A stretch of DNA of 50,450 nt, taken from positions 1 to 50,450 of the forward strand of contig CASEWH010000079.1 of assembly GCA_949291575.1 (NCBI GenBank). The letters run 5' to 3'. Under the pieces are notes generated by a model. That model saw only the letters and a program-made list of their open reading frames with translations, did no database searches and was not told the DNA's origin. Numbering within the stretch: position 1 is the first letter of the stretch; each line of letters opens with the position of its first letter. Below, piece after piece: positions 42,435-50,450 of the stretch. Position numbers and translations under genes: made by a program. This DNA is from an uncultured bacterium. GTDB taxonomy: Bacteria > Bacillota_I > Bacilli_A > RF39 > UBA660.

Positions 42435-43387
42435 TTATTTACTCATTTCTTCTAACAACAAATCAAAATCAGATTTATATAGCATATCTTGTTTAACTCT
42501 ATATTTTTCATATTCACATAATGCTTTATCACAAGCTATTTCATAAGAAATCTTACCTGCATCTTTTAAAATATCTCTATCATCTGCAAGTAAAAACTTA
42601 TCTATTCTATTAGCCCAATCTTCCATCGTCATTGGAATATTTCTTTTCGCTCTTGCTTCTGCTAAATCTAAAAAAGTACTAACTATTCTTTCTAAATCAT
42701 CCATTTCTTCTTTAGTTAAATAATTTTTGCAACAACAACATCAGTTTCTAAAATTTTACCATTAGGAGAATTTTTCCAAGACGTTAATCCCATATTCTCT
42801 TTTTCAGCATCTGCTCTATTATAAATTATCTCTGCCGCTGTCTGTTTAGAAACAGCATAATGCATTTTATTTTGAACTTTCTTAAAGAATTTAATCGTTG
42901 TTGGTGATTTAGAATCACAATCGATACTAGTAGCATAGATATCTGTTATTTTTTGATAAAATCTTCTTTCAGAAAGTCTAATCACTGCAAGTAATGAATC
43001 AAAATAATCTTCATCAAAAAAAGTACCATTTTCCATTCTCTTTTTATCAATTATATACCCTTTTTTAGAAAATTCTTTCAAAACATCAGTAGCCCATCTT
43101 CTAAACTGAATTGCCCTATCAGAATTAACTCTATAACCAACTGAAATAACAACATCCAAATTATAATATTTAACTTCTCTATTTCCTTCTTTTTGAACTA
43201 GTGCAAAAATTGCACTAGTTGACTTTTCTTCAAGTTCTAAATCAGCATAAATATTTTTCAAATGCTTCGTTATAACAGTTCTATCAACATCATATAAATC
43301 AGCAAGGCCTTTTTGTGTTAACCACAAATCTCCTTCCTCGAATCTAACTTGAATACCTTCACTATGATTTTGTCTTTCGAAAATCAA
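42435..43387 (-). pseudogene. rhuM: RhuM-family gene disrupted by a 1-nt frameshift in a homopolymer
   Basis: The 223-aa ORF carries RhuM blocks (DLWLTQKGLADLYDVDRTVITKHLKNIY, YYNLDVVISVGYRVNS, RRFYQKITDIYATSID, FFKKVQNKMHYA). It stops at DVVVAKII*. Adding one A to the A5 run (plus-strand T5 at 42724-42728) reads AKNYLTKEEMDDLERIV and joins the 89-aa ORF 42704-42435. Confidence 0.7.
42438..42508. repeat. 71-bp direct repeat copy B (the genuine 3' end of rhuM)
   Basis: See 41388-41458. Confidence 0.85.
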
Positions 43388-43552
43388 GAACTAGAGCACT
43401 GCTGCTTCTTACAACTAAATTTTCTCTCAAGAGTATCTCCTCCTAACTTCTTATTATTTTTTTACTCTTCATTATATGTTATACCATTTCCTAAAAAGTT
43501 TTTTGAGATTTTAAAGTTTTTTTACAGTCAACACTCTTGAGTTAACAAAATA

Positions 43553-43945
43553 TTAAAATAACTCCATAATCTTAGGTATAAAAATCATCAAAGCAATAAG
43601 AGCACTAGTCAAAGTAAGTACAAACTCTGCCGCACTTGCCGTATCTTTAGCAACTTTAGCAAGAGGATGAAACTCTTCAGTAACAAGATCAACTGTACTT
43701 TCTATCGCTGTATTAAGAAGTTCAACTACCAAAGTTAATCCTATAATTGCAATTATAATCAACCACTGTGTTAAAGATATCTCAAATAAAAAACTAAGCA
43801 ATAGTAAAATAACAGTACATACCAAATGAATATACATACTCTGCTCATTTTTATATGCAACCTTCAACCCGTTCCAAGAATTCTTAATACTTGAAATAAT
43901 TCTTTTAATACAAAAACTTTTATTTTTTCTATCTAGTGATGCCAT
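43553..43945 (-). CDS. dgkA: Diacylglycerol kinase family protein (DgkA; undecaprenol kinase in Gram-positives)
   Basis: 130 aa with three TM helices and the motif VELLNTAIESTVDLV. It overlaps the ybeY stop, as in the Bacillus ybeY-dgkA operon. Confidence 0.9.
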   Translation of the reverse strand: MASLDRKNKSFCIKRIISSIKNSWNGLKVAYKNEQSMYIHLVCTVILLLLSFLFEISLTQWLIIIAIIGLTLVVELLNTAIESTVDLVTEEFHPLAKVAKDTASAAEFVLTLTSALIALMIFIPKIMELF

Positions 43946-44384
43946 ATTCCATCAAAACCTCCTCTTGTTTCTTAAACATAACTTTCGCTTCTTCTTCACT
44001 CTCATGATCATATCCTAACAAATGATAAACACCATGCACTGCTAAAAAACATAATTCTCTTTCCAAAGAATGACCATATTCCTTAGCCTGTTCCTTTGCT
44101 TTATCTAAACTAATATAAATATCTCCTAATAATCTAATACCATCAGGAATAACCATACTTTTATCATCTTCTAAAGCAAAACTAATAACATCAGTAACTC
44201 TATCAATACCCCGATATTCCTTATTCAGTTTATGAATAAAAGAATTATCTACAATTATTATACTACAACTTGCTTTTTTTAACCTTTCAATTTCGAAAGT
44301 CTTATTAACAACCTTCTCTATTATATCCTGATAAGTAAACTCTTCATCTATCTCATTATAAATAGTAACTTCATTCAAATTCAA
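43929..44384 (-). CDS. ybeY: rRNA maturation endoribonuclease YbeY
   Basis: Metal-binding HGVYHLLGYDH. The likely start is TTG at 44384, 6 nt after RBS GGAAAGGA. The track start 44489 would overlap the upstream gene. Confidence 0.9.
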   Translation of the reverse strand: MNLNEVTIYNEIDEEFTYQDIIEKVVNKTFEIERLKKASCSIIIVDNSFIHKLNKEYRGIDRVTDVISFALEDDKSMVIPDGIRLLGDIYISLDKAKEQAKEYGHSLERELCFLAVHGVYHLLGYDHESEEEAKVMFKKQEEVLMEYGITR

Positions 44385-44431
44385 CACACGTCCTTTCCAA
44401 TGCCTATAATATATCATAAAAAAAGAAGTTT

Positions 44432-45031
44432 TTAAAGTAATGTTATTAATCCCACTAAAAGAATAATAGACACTAAATTTAAAAACCATTCTCTTTGTAA
44501 TACACTAGGACACATATCTCCTATCTTCAAAATAAAAATATATAAATAATGACCTAAAACTCCCCCAATTATATTTAATAAAATATCATCAATATCAAAA
44601 ACTCTACCTATCATTAACTGTGTACATTCAATAGTTAAAGATGTAACTACAGTTAATATGAATATAGGAAGTAATTTCTTTTCTTTTAAAAAGTAACTAG
44701 TAAAGAATCCATATGGTAAAAACATAATTATATTACCTAAAACATTCTTTAAAAATAATCTACTACCTAAATCATATCTAAACATTTCTCTAAAAGGAAT
44801 TAAATTATTACTAGAAATATTATTATTATCTTGAAAAGTAACTACTTGGAATAAACAAAGTATATATATGATAAATGATAAAGCGATTAATTCTTTATAA
44901 AAACAAAACTCTTTTTTATTTTTAACTATATCAGCAGCTCTCAAAGTAATAGCAACTACAACAGATATTATTATCATAGGTAAACTAAATTCAAAAACAT
45001 TACCAATAGTACGACTTAAACTTGTAAACAT
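44432..45031 (-). CDS. VanZ-like family membrane protein
   Basis: Several TM helices; NIIMFLPYGFF and DIDDILLNIIGGVLGHYL are typical of VanZ-like proteins. Confidence 0.7.
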   Translation of the reverse strand: MFTSLSRTIGNVFEFSLPMIIISVVVAITLRAADIVKNKKEFCFYKELIALSFIIYILCLFQVVTFQDNNNISSNNLIPFREMFRYDLGSRLFLKNVLGNIIMFLPYGFFTSYFLKEKKLLPIFILTVVTSLTIECTQLMIGRVFDIDDILLNIIGGVLGHYLYIFILKIGDMCPSVLQREWFLNLVSIILLVGLITLL

Positions 45032-45046
45032 ATTACTATTACCTCC

Positions 45047-46225
45047 CTAACTACTTTCTTCTTCTAATTTTTTATTCTCTTCTTCTATATTAAAGTCTTT
45101 TAAAGATTTATAACTAGTAATATCTTCTTCGACTTTAAAAAAGATTTCTATATCTATTCTATCAGTATTCTCTTCTTTTTTCAAAACCTTTTCGGAAAAG
45201 ATCTTAATATCACTACCTAATTTATTTTTTAATTTCTCTATCGCTAACGGTTTTATATTCTTTTCATAATTTTCACTAAAGTCTATATCAGTAGTCTTAA
45301 CCTCTTCTTTCTTTGTTAAATTAATACTAATAGGTAACAAAGGATGTTTATAAAGAACAGTTTTAGTATCTTTTGAGTGTTTATATTTATCGAAGTCTGT
45401 AAGGGCAATATCATCACTTAAAAAGCTAATTTCAAGTACAGTTTTATTCTTCCCAGTTTTAATCTCTTCATGATAATTACGAGGTAAAGATAGTGATACT
45501 TTATACCAAATCTCTGCATATACATGACCTATCGCTCTCGTTTTACTAACAATATTACCATTATTTTTAATAAGTCCACTAATTAAAGTATCTCCTTTCT
45601 TAACATAAGCATTTTTCTTAGTAACAACTTCCCCACTCTCTGCTTCTATCCTCGTAACAAGTCCTGTTTTCTTAGCCACGATATCACGAGGTTCAGTTTC
45701 CTTTTTTATATCATCTTTTACTCTTCTAATAAGTTTAACTTCATAACTAACCCCTTTTTCTTCTATTTCAATCCACTCTAATATATCTTTTTCTTTTTCA
45801 AGAATCTTCTCTTCAATTTTCTCTTTTTCTTTATAACTTATCTTAAAACTATATTTTTTAAGTCCCAACTCTTCTAAATCCGTAAGTATTATCTCTCTTA
45901 ACTCACTATCAGTATCAATTACTTTAATAGAAAACACTAAATTAGTAAGAAGATTAAAGAAAGCAAAGCCAAGTAAAACTATTATTACAAAAAATTTTCT
46001 CATCTTAATAAAATGAATAATATTAAGAAGCCCTTTTCTTTTAACAATCTCTATTTTATAAGTAGTATTAATCTTTAAAAGCTTTTCATAATCTTCTTCC
46101 AAGACTTCTATTATAATAGAGTCTCTACTTCTTTTAATCATCTTAAAATTAATACTAAATCTAACCAATAACATTAAAAAGGTATCTATTCTCTTACCAG
46201 TTACTCTTAATATATAACTACTCAT
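45047..46225 (-). CDS. yqfD: Sporulation protein YqfD
   Basis: 392 aa with the N-terminus YILRVTGKRIDTFLMLLVRFSINF, a central TM and a C-terminal beta-rich domain. It follows yqfC, as in Bacillus and Clostridium. Confidence 0.75.
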   Translation of the reverse strand: MSSYILRVTGKRIDTFLMLLVRFSINFKMIKRSRDSIIIEVLEEDYEKLLKINTTYKIEIVKRKGLLNIIHFIKMRKFFVIIVLLGFAFFNLLTNLVFSIKVIDTDSELREIILTDLEELGLKKYSFKISYKEKEKIEEKILEKEKDILEWIEIEEKGVSYEVKLIRRVKDDIKKETEPRDIVAKKTGLVTRIEAESGEVVTKKNAYVKKGDTLISGLIKNNGNIVSKTRAIGHVYAEIWYKVSLSLPRNYHEEIKTGKNKTVLEISFLSDDIALTDFDKYKHSKDTKTVLYKHPLLPISINLTKKEEVKTTDIDFSENYEKNIKPLAIEKLKNKLGSDIKIFSEKVLKKEENTDRIDIEIFFKVEEDITSYKSLKDFNIEEENKKLEEESS

Positions 46226-46460
46226 ACTTAATCTCCAAATTATTTAAACTACCTAATATTAATAACTCCCTATCTGCTAACTTCTTTAAAGAAAAATCTC
46301 TTCCTTCTAATGTTATTTTACGAGACTTAGCTTTTATAATTATTTTATTACTACCAAGAGTTAATATTTTCTCATAATTAGTAATATGTATCATCTTACT
46401 ATAAATATCAATATGAAAATCTATTGGATCTAAAAAATTTCTTAAATAATTATAAGCCAT
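46218..46460 (-). CDS. yqfC: Sporulation protein YqfC (YabP/YqfC family)
   Basis: 80 aa; ITNYEKILTLGSNKIIIKAKSRKITLEGRDFSLKKLADRELLILGSLNNLEI fits the YabP-like pattern. It overlaps the yqfD start. Confidence 0.7.
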   Translation of the reverse strand: MAYNYLRNFLDPIDFHIDIYSKMIHITNYEKILTLGSNKIIIKAKSRKITLEGRDFSLKKLADRELLILGSLNNLEIKYE

Positions 46461-46519
46461 AAAACTTCACCTATAAAATTTTATGTTATTAAAAAGAAAA
46501 AAAGAAAAGAAAAGAAAGA

Positions 46520-46723
46520 TTAATCTCTTTCTCTTCTTCTCTTACGTTCATTCTTACGAGCATTCTTAATAGCTTCTTTCTTAGCCTTTCTTCTTCTTAC
46601 TCCTGGTTTATCATAAGCATCGTGCTTCTTAGCTTCAGAAGGGACACCACTACGTGCAAGCTTTTGTTTATATCTTTTTATCGCTCCATCAAGATTACCG
46701 TTTTTTACAGTTACCTGTGCCAT
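46520..46723 (-). CDS. rpsU: 30S ribosomal protein S21
   Basis: 67 aa and basic (GAIKRYKQKLARSGV...DKPGVRRRKAKKEA). It heads the rpsU-yqfC-yqfD-ybeY-dgkA-era-recO syntenic block. Confidence 0.9.
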   Translation of the reverse strand: MAQVTVKNGNLDGAIKRYKQKLARSGVPSEAKKHDAYDKPGVRRRKAKKEAIKNARKNERKRRRERD

Positions 46724-46759
46724 TACTATTATCCCTCCCTTCGCTTTTTTCTACAACTG

Positions 46760-46789
46760 ATTATAACACTAAGAACATTTAAAGTACAA
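46760..46789 (-). promoter_or_regulatory. rpsU promoter
   Basis: On the minus strand, TTGTAC-N18-TATAAT with an extended -10 (TGTTATAAT). Confidence 0.55.
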
Positions 46790-46910
46790 CATTTTTTTGA
46801 CATTTTTTACACATTTTGTAATATTTCACCTAAAAATATGCCAAAATTATAAAAAGTAAGTACCATTATAACATTAAGTAAACTAAAACTTATTAACTTA
46901 ACACATCTCT

Positions 46911-47081
46911 TTACTCTAAGGGACATATATCACCACTCCCTATTCTTCTAAGAGAACTTCCTAACTTTCTTCCTGCTAATATTAATATTTCGATTAAATC
47001 ACCTACATATTTAATAGCAGTTGATGTTAAAGAAAATCCCCCTTTAATATTTTTTAACTCTTTAACTGATAAATCTTTCAT
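46911..47081 (-). CDS. Double-glycine-leader bacteriocin prepeptide B (class II type)
   Basis: ATG 47081 lies 6 nt after RBS GGAGGTGGTGA. The leader is MKDLSVKELKNIKGG and the 41-aa cationic mature part is FSLTSTAIKYVGDLIEILILAGRKLGSSLRRIGSGDICPLE, with a GxxxG motif (GRKLG) and one Cys. The track ORF starts further upstream at a GTG inside peptide A. Confidence 0.8.
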   Translation of the reverse strand: MKDLSVKELKNIKGGFSLTSTAIKYVGDLIEILILAGRKLGSSLRRIGSGDICPLE

Positions 47082-47082
47082 T

Positions 47083-47238
47083 CTAATCACCACCTCCACA
47101 TGGTTCAGGATTAGTAAAACCACTAATTACTCCTACTACAAAAGAAATAATTATAGATACACCAATTCCTATAACAGCAGCAGATAAACCTGCTCCCCCT
47201 TTAATATTCTTCATTTCATTTTTTGTTAATTCTTTCAT
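47083..47238 (-). CDS. Double-glycine-leader bacteriocin prepeptide A (not in the ORF track)
   Basis: The ATG overlaps the stop of the upstream ORF (ATGA at 47235-47238), with RBS GGAGGGT. The leader is MKELTKNEMKNIKGG and the 36-aa hydrophobic mature part is AGLSAAVIGIGVSIIISFVVGVISGFTNPEPCGGGD, with a GxxxG motif (GVISG) and one Cys. Confidence 0.75.
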   Translation of the reverse strand: MKELTKNEMKNIKGGAGLSAAVIGIGVSIIISFVVGVISGFTNPEPCGGGD

Positions 47239-47615
47239 TTTACCCTCCAACTATCTATTATCAAACTAAGTATGGTTTCCCGTTTATTAGGTAAAAGTAT
47301 TACCATATCATCATTAACTAATCTAAAAGATTTCTCTAACTCTAACATCAAGATAACTCCATCTTCAGAATCTTCTTTACTATTTATTTTATAGGTATAT
47401 TTTAAGGTATCATAGTAGAAGAAATTATTATCTTTAAATAAGTCTAAATCCAATGTAGTAAAAACTGTAATAACATTATCATCTATATTTAAGATACTAA
47501 CGGTATTATAAGTCCATAGTTTAACAGTATTTATTAGATAAAAGAATACGATAGTTAAAATAAAGGTAATGACAAAAGATAATAAAAGTAATCTCTTCTT
47601 CTTATAACTCTTCAT
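47235..47615 (-). CDS. Small membrane-anchored protein of the bacteriocin operon (export accessory or immunity candidate)
   Basis: 126 aa with a single N-terminal TM (LLLLSFVITFILTIVFFYLI). It is translationally coupled to both the ABC transporter and peptide A. No family recognised. Confidence 0.35.
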   Translation of the reverse strand: MKSYKKKRLLLLSFVITFILTIVFFYLINTVKLWTYNTVSILNIDDNVITVFTTLDLDLFKDNNFFYYDTLKYTYKINSKEDSEDGVILMLELEKSFRLVNDDMVILLPNKRETILSLIIDSWRVK

Positions 47616-49695
47616 GGCATTTCCCTTTCTCTAAGTAAAAGACTCTATTAAACAAATCTTTATTATTAAGACGATGAGAAATATAAATAATTATCTTATC
47701 TTGATAATAATTTAATATATTTTTTAGTATCTCTCTTTCTAACTCTATATCTACATTACTAAGACATTCATCAAGTATATAAATATAACTAGGTTTAAAG
47801 AAAGCTTGAGCAAGATTAATCCTAGACCTTTCCCCCATACTAATATTTTCCCCATCTTCTAAAAGAATAGTATCAAGATTATATTTTTTATCTTTAAATA
47901 ATTTCTTTACTCCTGTAATAGATAAAAGTGTATTTTGATTAATATTAGGCTTTCTAGATAAATAAATATTCTCTTTAATATTAGTATTACTAATCATCTC
48001 TTTATTAGAAACATAAGTAATAATATTTCTAAGATCATAAAGATTATAATGAGTTAAGTCAATATTACCAAGCTTAATATGTCCAAAATCAAGTGGTAAG
48101 AATCTTCCTAACAATTTAACAAGAGTACTTTTACCACTACCAGAATCTCCATAAATAAATACTTTATCTCTTGGCTTAATCTTCATATTAATATTATTTA
48201 AAACAAGATTATCTTTATATTTAAAGTATAAATTAGATATAGTTATCCCCATATTTTTAATATTGTAATTATAATTAGGAAAAGGTAATAACAATTCCTT
48301 CTCATAATTAAAGATATCATCTAATCTTTCCTTTATTTTTTTAGCATTTTGATATTTTAAGATAATTAATACTAAGTTCTCTACATTTCTTAACCCCATA
48401 AAGATAAAACCTTCTAGTAGTAAGAATGTTGCCAAACTAATATCAGTTGTAGTTATTAAGATAAAGCCCCCTACACCTAAAACTAGTAAGTAAATAATAC
48501 CTTCTAATAAGCTTAAGATATTTCTTATAATTTCACTATACCTACTAACTCTATAATTCTCTTCTTCTACATTATCAGTAACCTTTCTAATTTTCTTAAA
48601 CATTACTTCTTCTAAATGTAGACCCTTAATCTTATCATTATTAATAATTACTTGTTGTAACTTACTATTATAATTATCTCTAACTTGATAATACTTACTA
48701 ATTAGATTAGTACTTAATCTCTTCTGAAAATAAATAAAAAGAAATAAAATAATACTACTAATTATAATGATGAGAGCTAATAGGTTTGATAAACTCATAA
48801 AGAATATGTAGATAAATATTAATATAAAAGTACTATTAATAAATGTTAATACTGAAGATAATAATGAATCTGCAAAAGTATCTATATCGTTAAATAAAGA
48901 TATAATAATCCCCCTTTCCTTAGTTTGATAATATAAATTAGGAAGTGATAATAACTGTTTCATTAAATTAAGTTTTAACTGATAACTAAGTTTCTTTGTA
49001 AGTTTCAAAGCAGTAAGTTGTATAAAGTATGAATAAAAAGTCTTTAATACTAAAAGATAAAGAAAGATAAGTAACAAAACTACCAAATTATAAGTAGATT
49101 TAACTGTTAAAGCATTATTTAAAATTATCTTTAAAGAAAACAAATTCAAAAGTTCAAGACTAATACTAAGTATTATTGAAATTAACATAAAAGTAAGAGT
49201 ATTTTTGTTACTAGCAATTAATTTTATAATCTCATTTCTAATAATTTTTACCTTTACAAATCTCTTAATACTAGCAGTTTTCTTAATAAAAAGATAATTA
49301 CCTGTCGATATCTTACTAAACTCTTCTATTGATAGAGTCTTAATAAGTTTACTAGGATCTTTAATAATAACTTTCTTATCAGTGATATTAGTAATTACTA
49401 CATAATGATATAAATTCTTCTTTTCATCAATTTTAATATGGGCAATTACAGGAAGTGATATTTTAGGTATATCACTGACATTACCTTTCTTTCCATAAGC
49501 ATCAAAGCCCAAAGACAAAGCTGCCTCCAACAAACCATACATCGTTGTACCATCAGAAAAAGTATTACTAACTCTTTCTAAGTAGTCCTTTGAAACATTA
49601 CAATTATAATATTTAGCAATCATGAGCAGGCAGGAAAGGCCACAGTCGTAACTTGATTCCTGCGAAACTATTTTTAATCTTTTTATTATTACCAC
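47602..49695 (-). CDS. Bacteriocin-processing ABC transporter with an N-terminal C39 peptidase domain
   Basis: C39 motifs QESSYDCGLSCLLMIAKYY and HYVVI, six-TM region, Walker A GDSGSGKST, Walker B IYILDE, H-loop ISHR. Confidence 0.9.
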   Translation of the reverse strand: MVIIKRLKIVSQESSYDCGLSCLLMIAKYYNCNVSKDYLERVSNTFSDGTTMYGLLEAALSLGFDAYGKKGNVSDIPKISLPVIAHIKIDEKKNLYHYVVITNITDKKVIIKDPSKLIKTLSIEEFSKISTGNYLFIKKTASIKRFVKVKIIRNEIIKLIASNKNTLTFMLISIILSISLELLNLFSLKIILNNALTVKSTYNLVVLLLIFLYLLVLKTFYSYFIQLTALKLTKKLSYQLKLNLMKQLLSLPNLYYQTKERGIIISLFNDIDTFADSLLSSVLTFINSTFILIFIYIFFMSLSNLLALIIIISSIILFLFIYFQKRLSTNLISKYYQVRDNYNSKLQQVIINNDKIKGLHLEEVMFKKIRKVTDNVEEENYRVSRYSEIIRNILSLLEGIIYLLVLGVGGFILITTTDISLATFLLLEGFIFMGLRNVENLVLIILKYQNAKKIKERLDDIFNYEKELLLPFPNYNYNIKNMGITISNLYFKYKDNLVLNNINMKIKPRDKVFIYGDSGSGKSTLVKLLGRFLPLDFGHIKLGNIDLTHYNLYDLRNIITYVSNKEMISNTNIKENIYLSRKPNINQNTLLSITGVKKLFKDKKYNLDTILLEDGENISMGERSRINLAQAFFKPSYIYILDECLSNVDIELEREILKNILNYYQDKIIIYISHRLNNKDLFNRVFYLEKGKCHEEL

Positions 49696-49816
49696 CTCCT
49701 ATTATAATAATTAACCATATCTATTTTTTTGCTCCAAAAATTTTTGTTTATCAGTTATTTTGACAAATCTCTTAATATTAAAATGACTGTAATAAAATAT
49801 GGTTAAGGTGGTAGAG

Positions 49817-50275
49817 ATGCAGTTTGGGAAAATTAGAGATTTAAGAGAAGATCATGATTTAAAACAAATAGACGTTGCTAAAATTCTTGGCGTTAAAAGA
49901 ACTACCTACGCTATGTGGGAATTAGGTGATGTTAATTTTCCAATAGAAAAACTAGTTGAACTTGCTAAATATTTCCATACAAATGTTGAATATATGCTTA
50001 ATTTAACATCAGATAAACGTGAAATTATATATGAAAAAGATATAAGTGTAGAATTTATTGGAAATCAATTAAAAAGATATCGCCTAAGATTAAAGAAAAC
50101 ACAAAGAGAATTTGCAAAAGTTTTAAACATAAGACAATCGAGTTATTCTTATTATGAAGATGGTAAAACTAGGATTCCAACTAACAAACTAGTTATACTA
50201 GCGATGACATATCACATTCCTATAAATTATATTTGTGGCGGCAAAAGAAAAGAAAATATCAGTGTCACCCTATAA
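49817..50275 (+). CDS. XRE-family transcriptional regulator with two tandem HTH domains
   Basis: ATG 49817 follows RBS AAGGTGG. There are two Cro/C1-type HTH units (LKQIDVAKILGVKRTTYAMWELG; KTQREFAKVLNIRQSSYSYYEDG). It is divergent from the bacteriocin operon. Confidence 0.8.
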   Translation: MQFGKIRDLREDHDLKQIDVAKILGVKRTTYAMWELGDVNFPIEKLVELAKYFHTNVEYMLNLTSDKREIIYEKDISVEFIGNQLKRYRLRLKKTQREFAKVLNIRQSSYSYYEDGKTRIPTNKLVILAMTYHIPINYICGGKRKENISVTL

Positions 50276-50291
50276 AATTTACAAAAAAGTG

Positions 50292-50320
50292 TTGACAAGA
50301 GCCTTTTCTTTTCATATAAT
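50292..50320 (+). promoter_or_regulatory. Consensus sigma-A promoter of the tRNA gene
   Basis: TTGACA-N17-TATAAT, about 33 nt upstream of the tRNA. Confidence 0.75.
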
Positions 50321-50353
50321 TGTAAATGTCAATACAAATTGATGTTTACTTAT

Positions 50354-50427
50354 GCGGATGTAGTTTAATGGTAGAACCTCAGCCTTCCAAGCTGACTACG
50401 GGAGTTCGATTCTCCTCATCCGCTCCA
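50354..50427 (+). tRNA. tRNA-Gly (anticodon UCC), CCA encoded
   Basis: Acceptor stem GCGGATG/CATCCGC, anticodon arm TCAGC-CTTCCAA-GCTGA (anticodon TCC), T arm GGGAG-TTCGATT-CTCCT, discriminator T, then CCA. 74 nt. Confidence 0.9.
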
Positions 50428-50450
50428 GTGACGTTTCTGTTCGAACTTTT

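Noticed and set aside
43388-43460. A 22-codon ORF upstream of rhuM (TTG start 6 nt after a strong GGAGGAG; MRENLVVRSSSALVLDFRKTKS) overlapping the rhuM start
   Set aside because: It is too short and unrecognisable to call. It may be a leader peptide, or simply the real RBS region of a rhuM whose 5' end carries a further frame problem. It cannot be resolved by eye.
646-46852. ORF-track entries that lie antisense to, or out of frame within, well-supported genes. Plus-strand ORFs: 646-1257, 3947-4159, 4440-4985, 6489-6863, 9184-9510, 10128-10328, 17881-18072, 19400-19729, 22162-22368, 23378-23560, 40218-40460, 43349-43540 and 46622-46852. Minus-strand ORFs: 10031-10315, 12793-13026 and 19069-19269.
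   Set aside because: Each is fully embedded in a longer ORF with clear family motifs or operon context. Their translations are low-complexity (L/I/S/F/N-rich), as expected from reading AT-rich coding DNA in the wrong frame. None has a convincing RBS.

Overview
This is a very AT-rich, low-GC Firmicutes-type chromosomal segment with almost every gene on the minus strand. It falls into three blocks.

(1) 1-27.7 kb is an accessory island. It starts with a VapD-like gene, followed by one co-directional gene train of about 26.5 kb. That train joins a Gram-positive-type type IV secretion/conjugation set to a complete Tad/Flp-like pilus set.
- T4SS set: VirD4 coupling protein, a split VirB4, VirB3/PrgI-like and VirB6-like proteins, three VirB2-like hairpin proteins, GH73+CHAP and NlpC/P60 wall hydrolases, and two paralogous lipoproteins.
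- Tad set: TadZ-, TadE-, Flp-, TadC-, TadB-, TadA/CpaF- and CpaB-like genes.
- Also present: a class-B-type sortase, three large surface/membrane proteins, and a divergently transcribed thioredoxin-like lipoprotein at the edge.
- No relaxase, integrase or prepilin peptidase lies inside the window.

(2) 27.7-46.8 kb is core genome with Bacillus/Clostridium-like synteny: typA; tsf-rpsB; infC-rpmI-rplT with an AUU start and leader; glyQS; recO-yqzL-era; ybeY-dgkA; yqfC-yqfD; rpsU. Small accessory inserts interrupt it.
- A degenerate Fic/Doc-like gene is preceded by a promoter / 34-nt tandem repeat / terminator RNA module that looks like a type III antitoxin array.
- A frameshifted rhuM sits next to a KilA-N cassette bracketed by 71-bp direct repeats.
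- Ribosomal proteins S2 and L20 both carry the same extra C-terminal Lys/Glu-rich linker plus a Rho_N/HeH-like module.

(3) 46.9-50.4 kb holds a two-peptide double-glycine bacteriocin locus (one peptide is absent from the ORF track) with a C39-ABC exporter, a tandem-HTH XRE regulator and tRNA-Gly(UCC).

The best candidates for something new are the T4SS/Tad hybrid operon and the repeat-RNA/Fic-like pair. All calls come from reading the sequence and translations by eye. Family assignments rest on motifs and context, not on database searches. Hand-derived coordinates of small features may be off by 1-2 nt.
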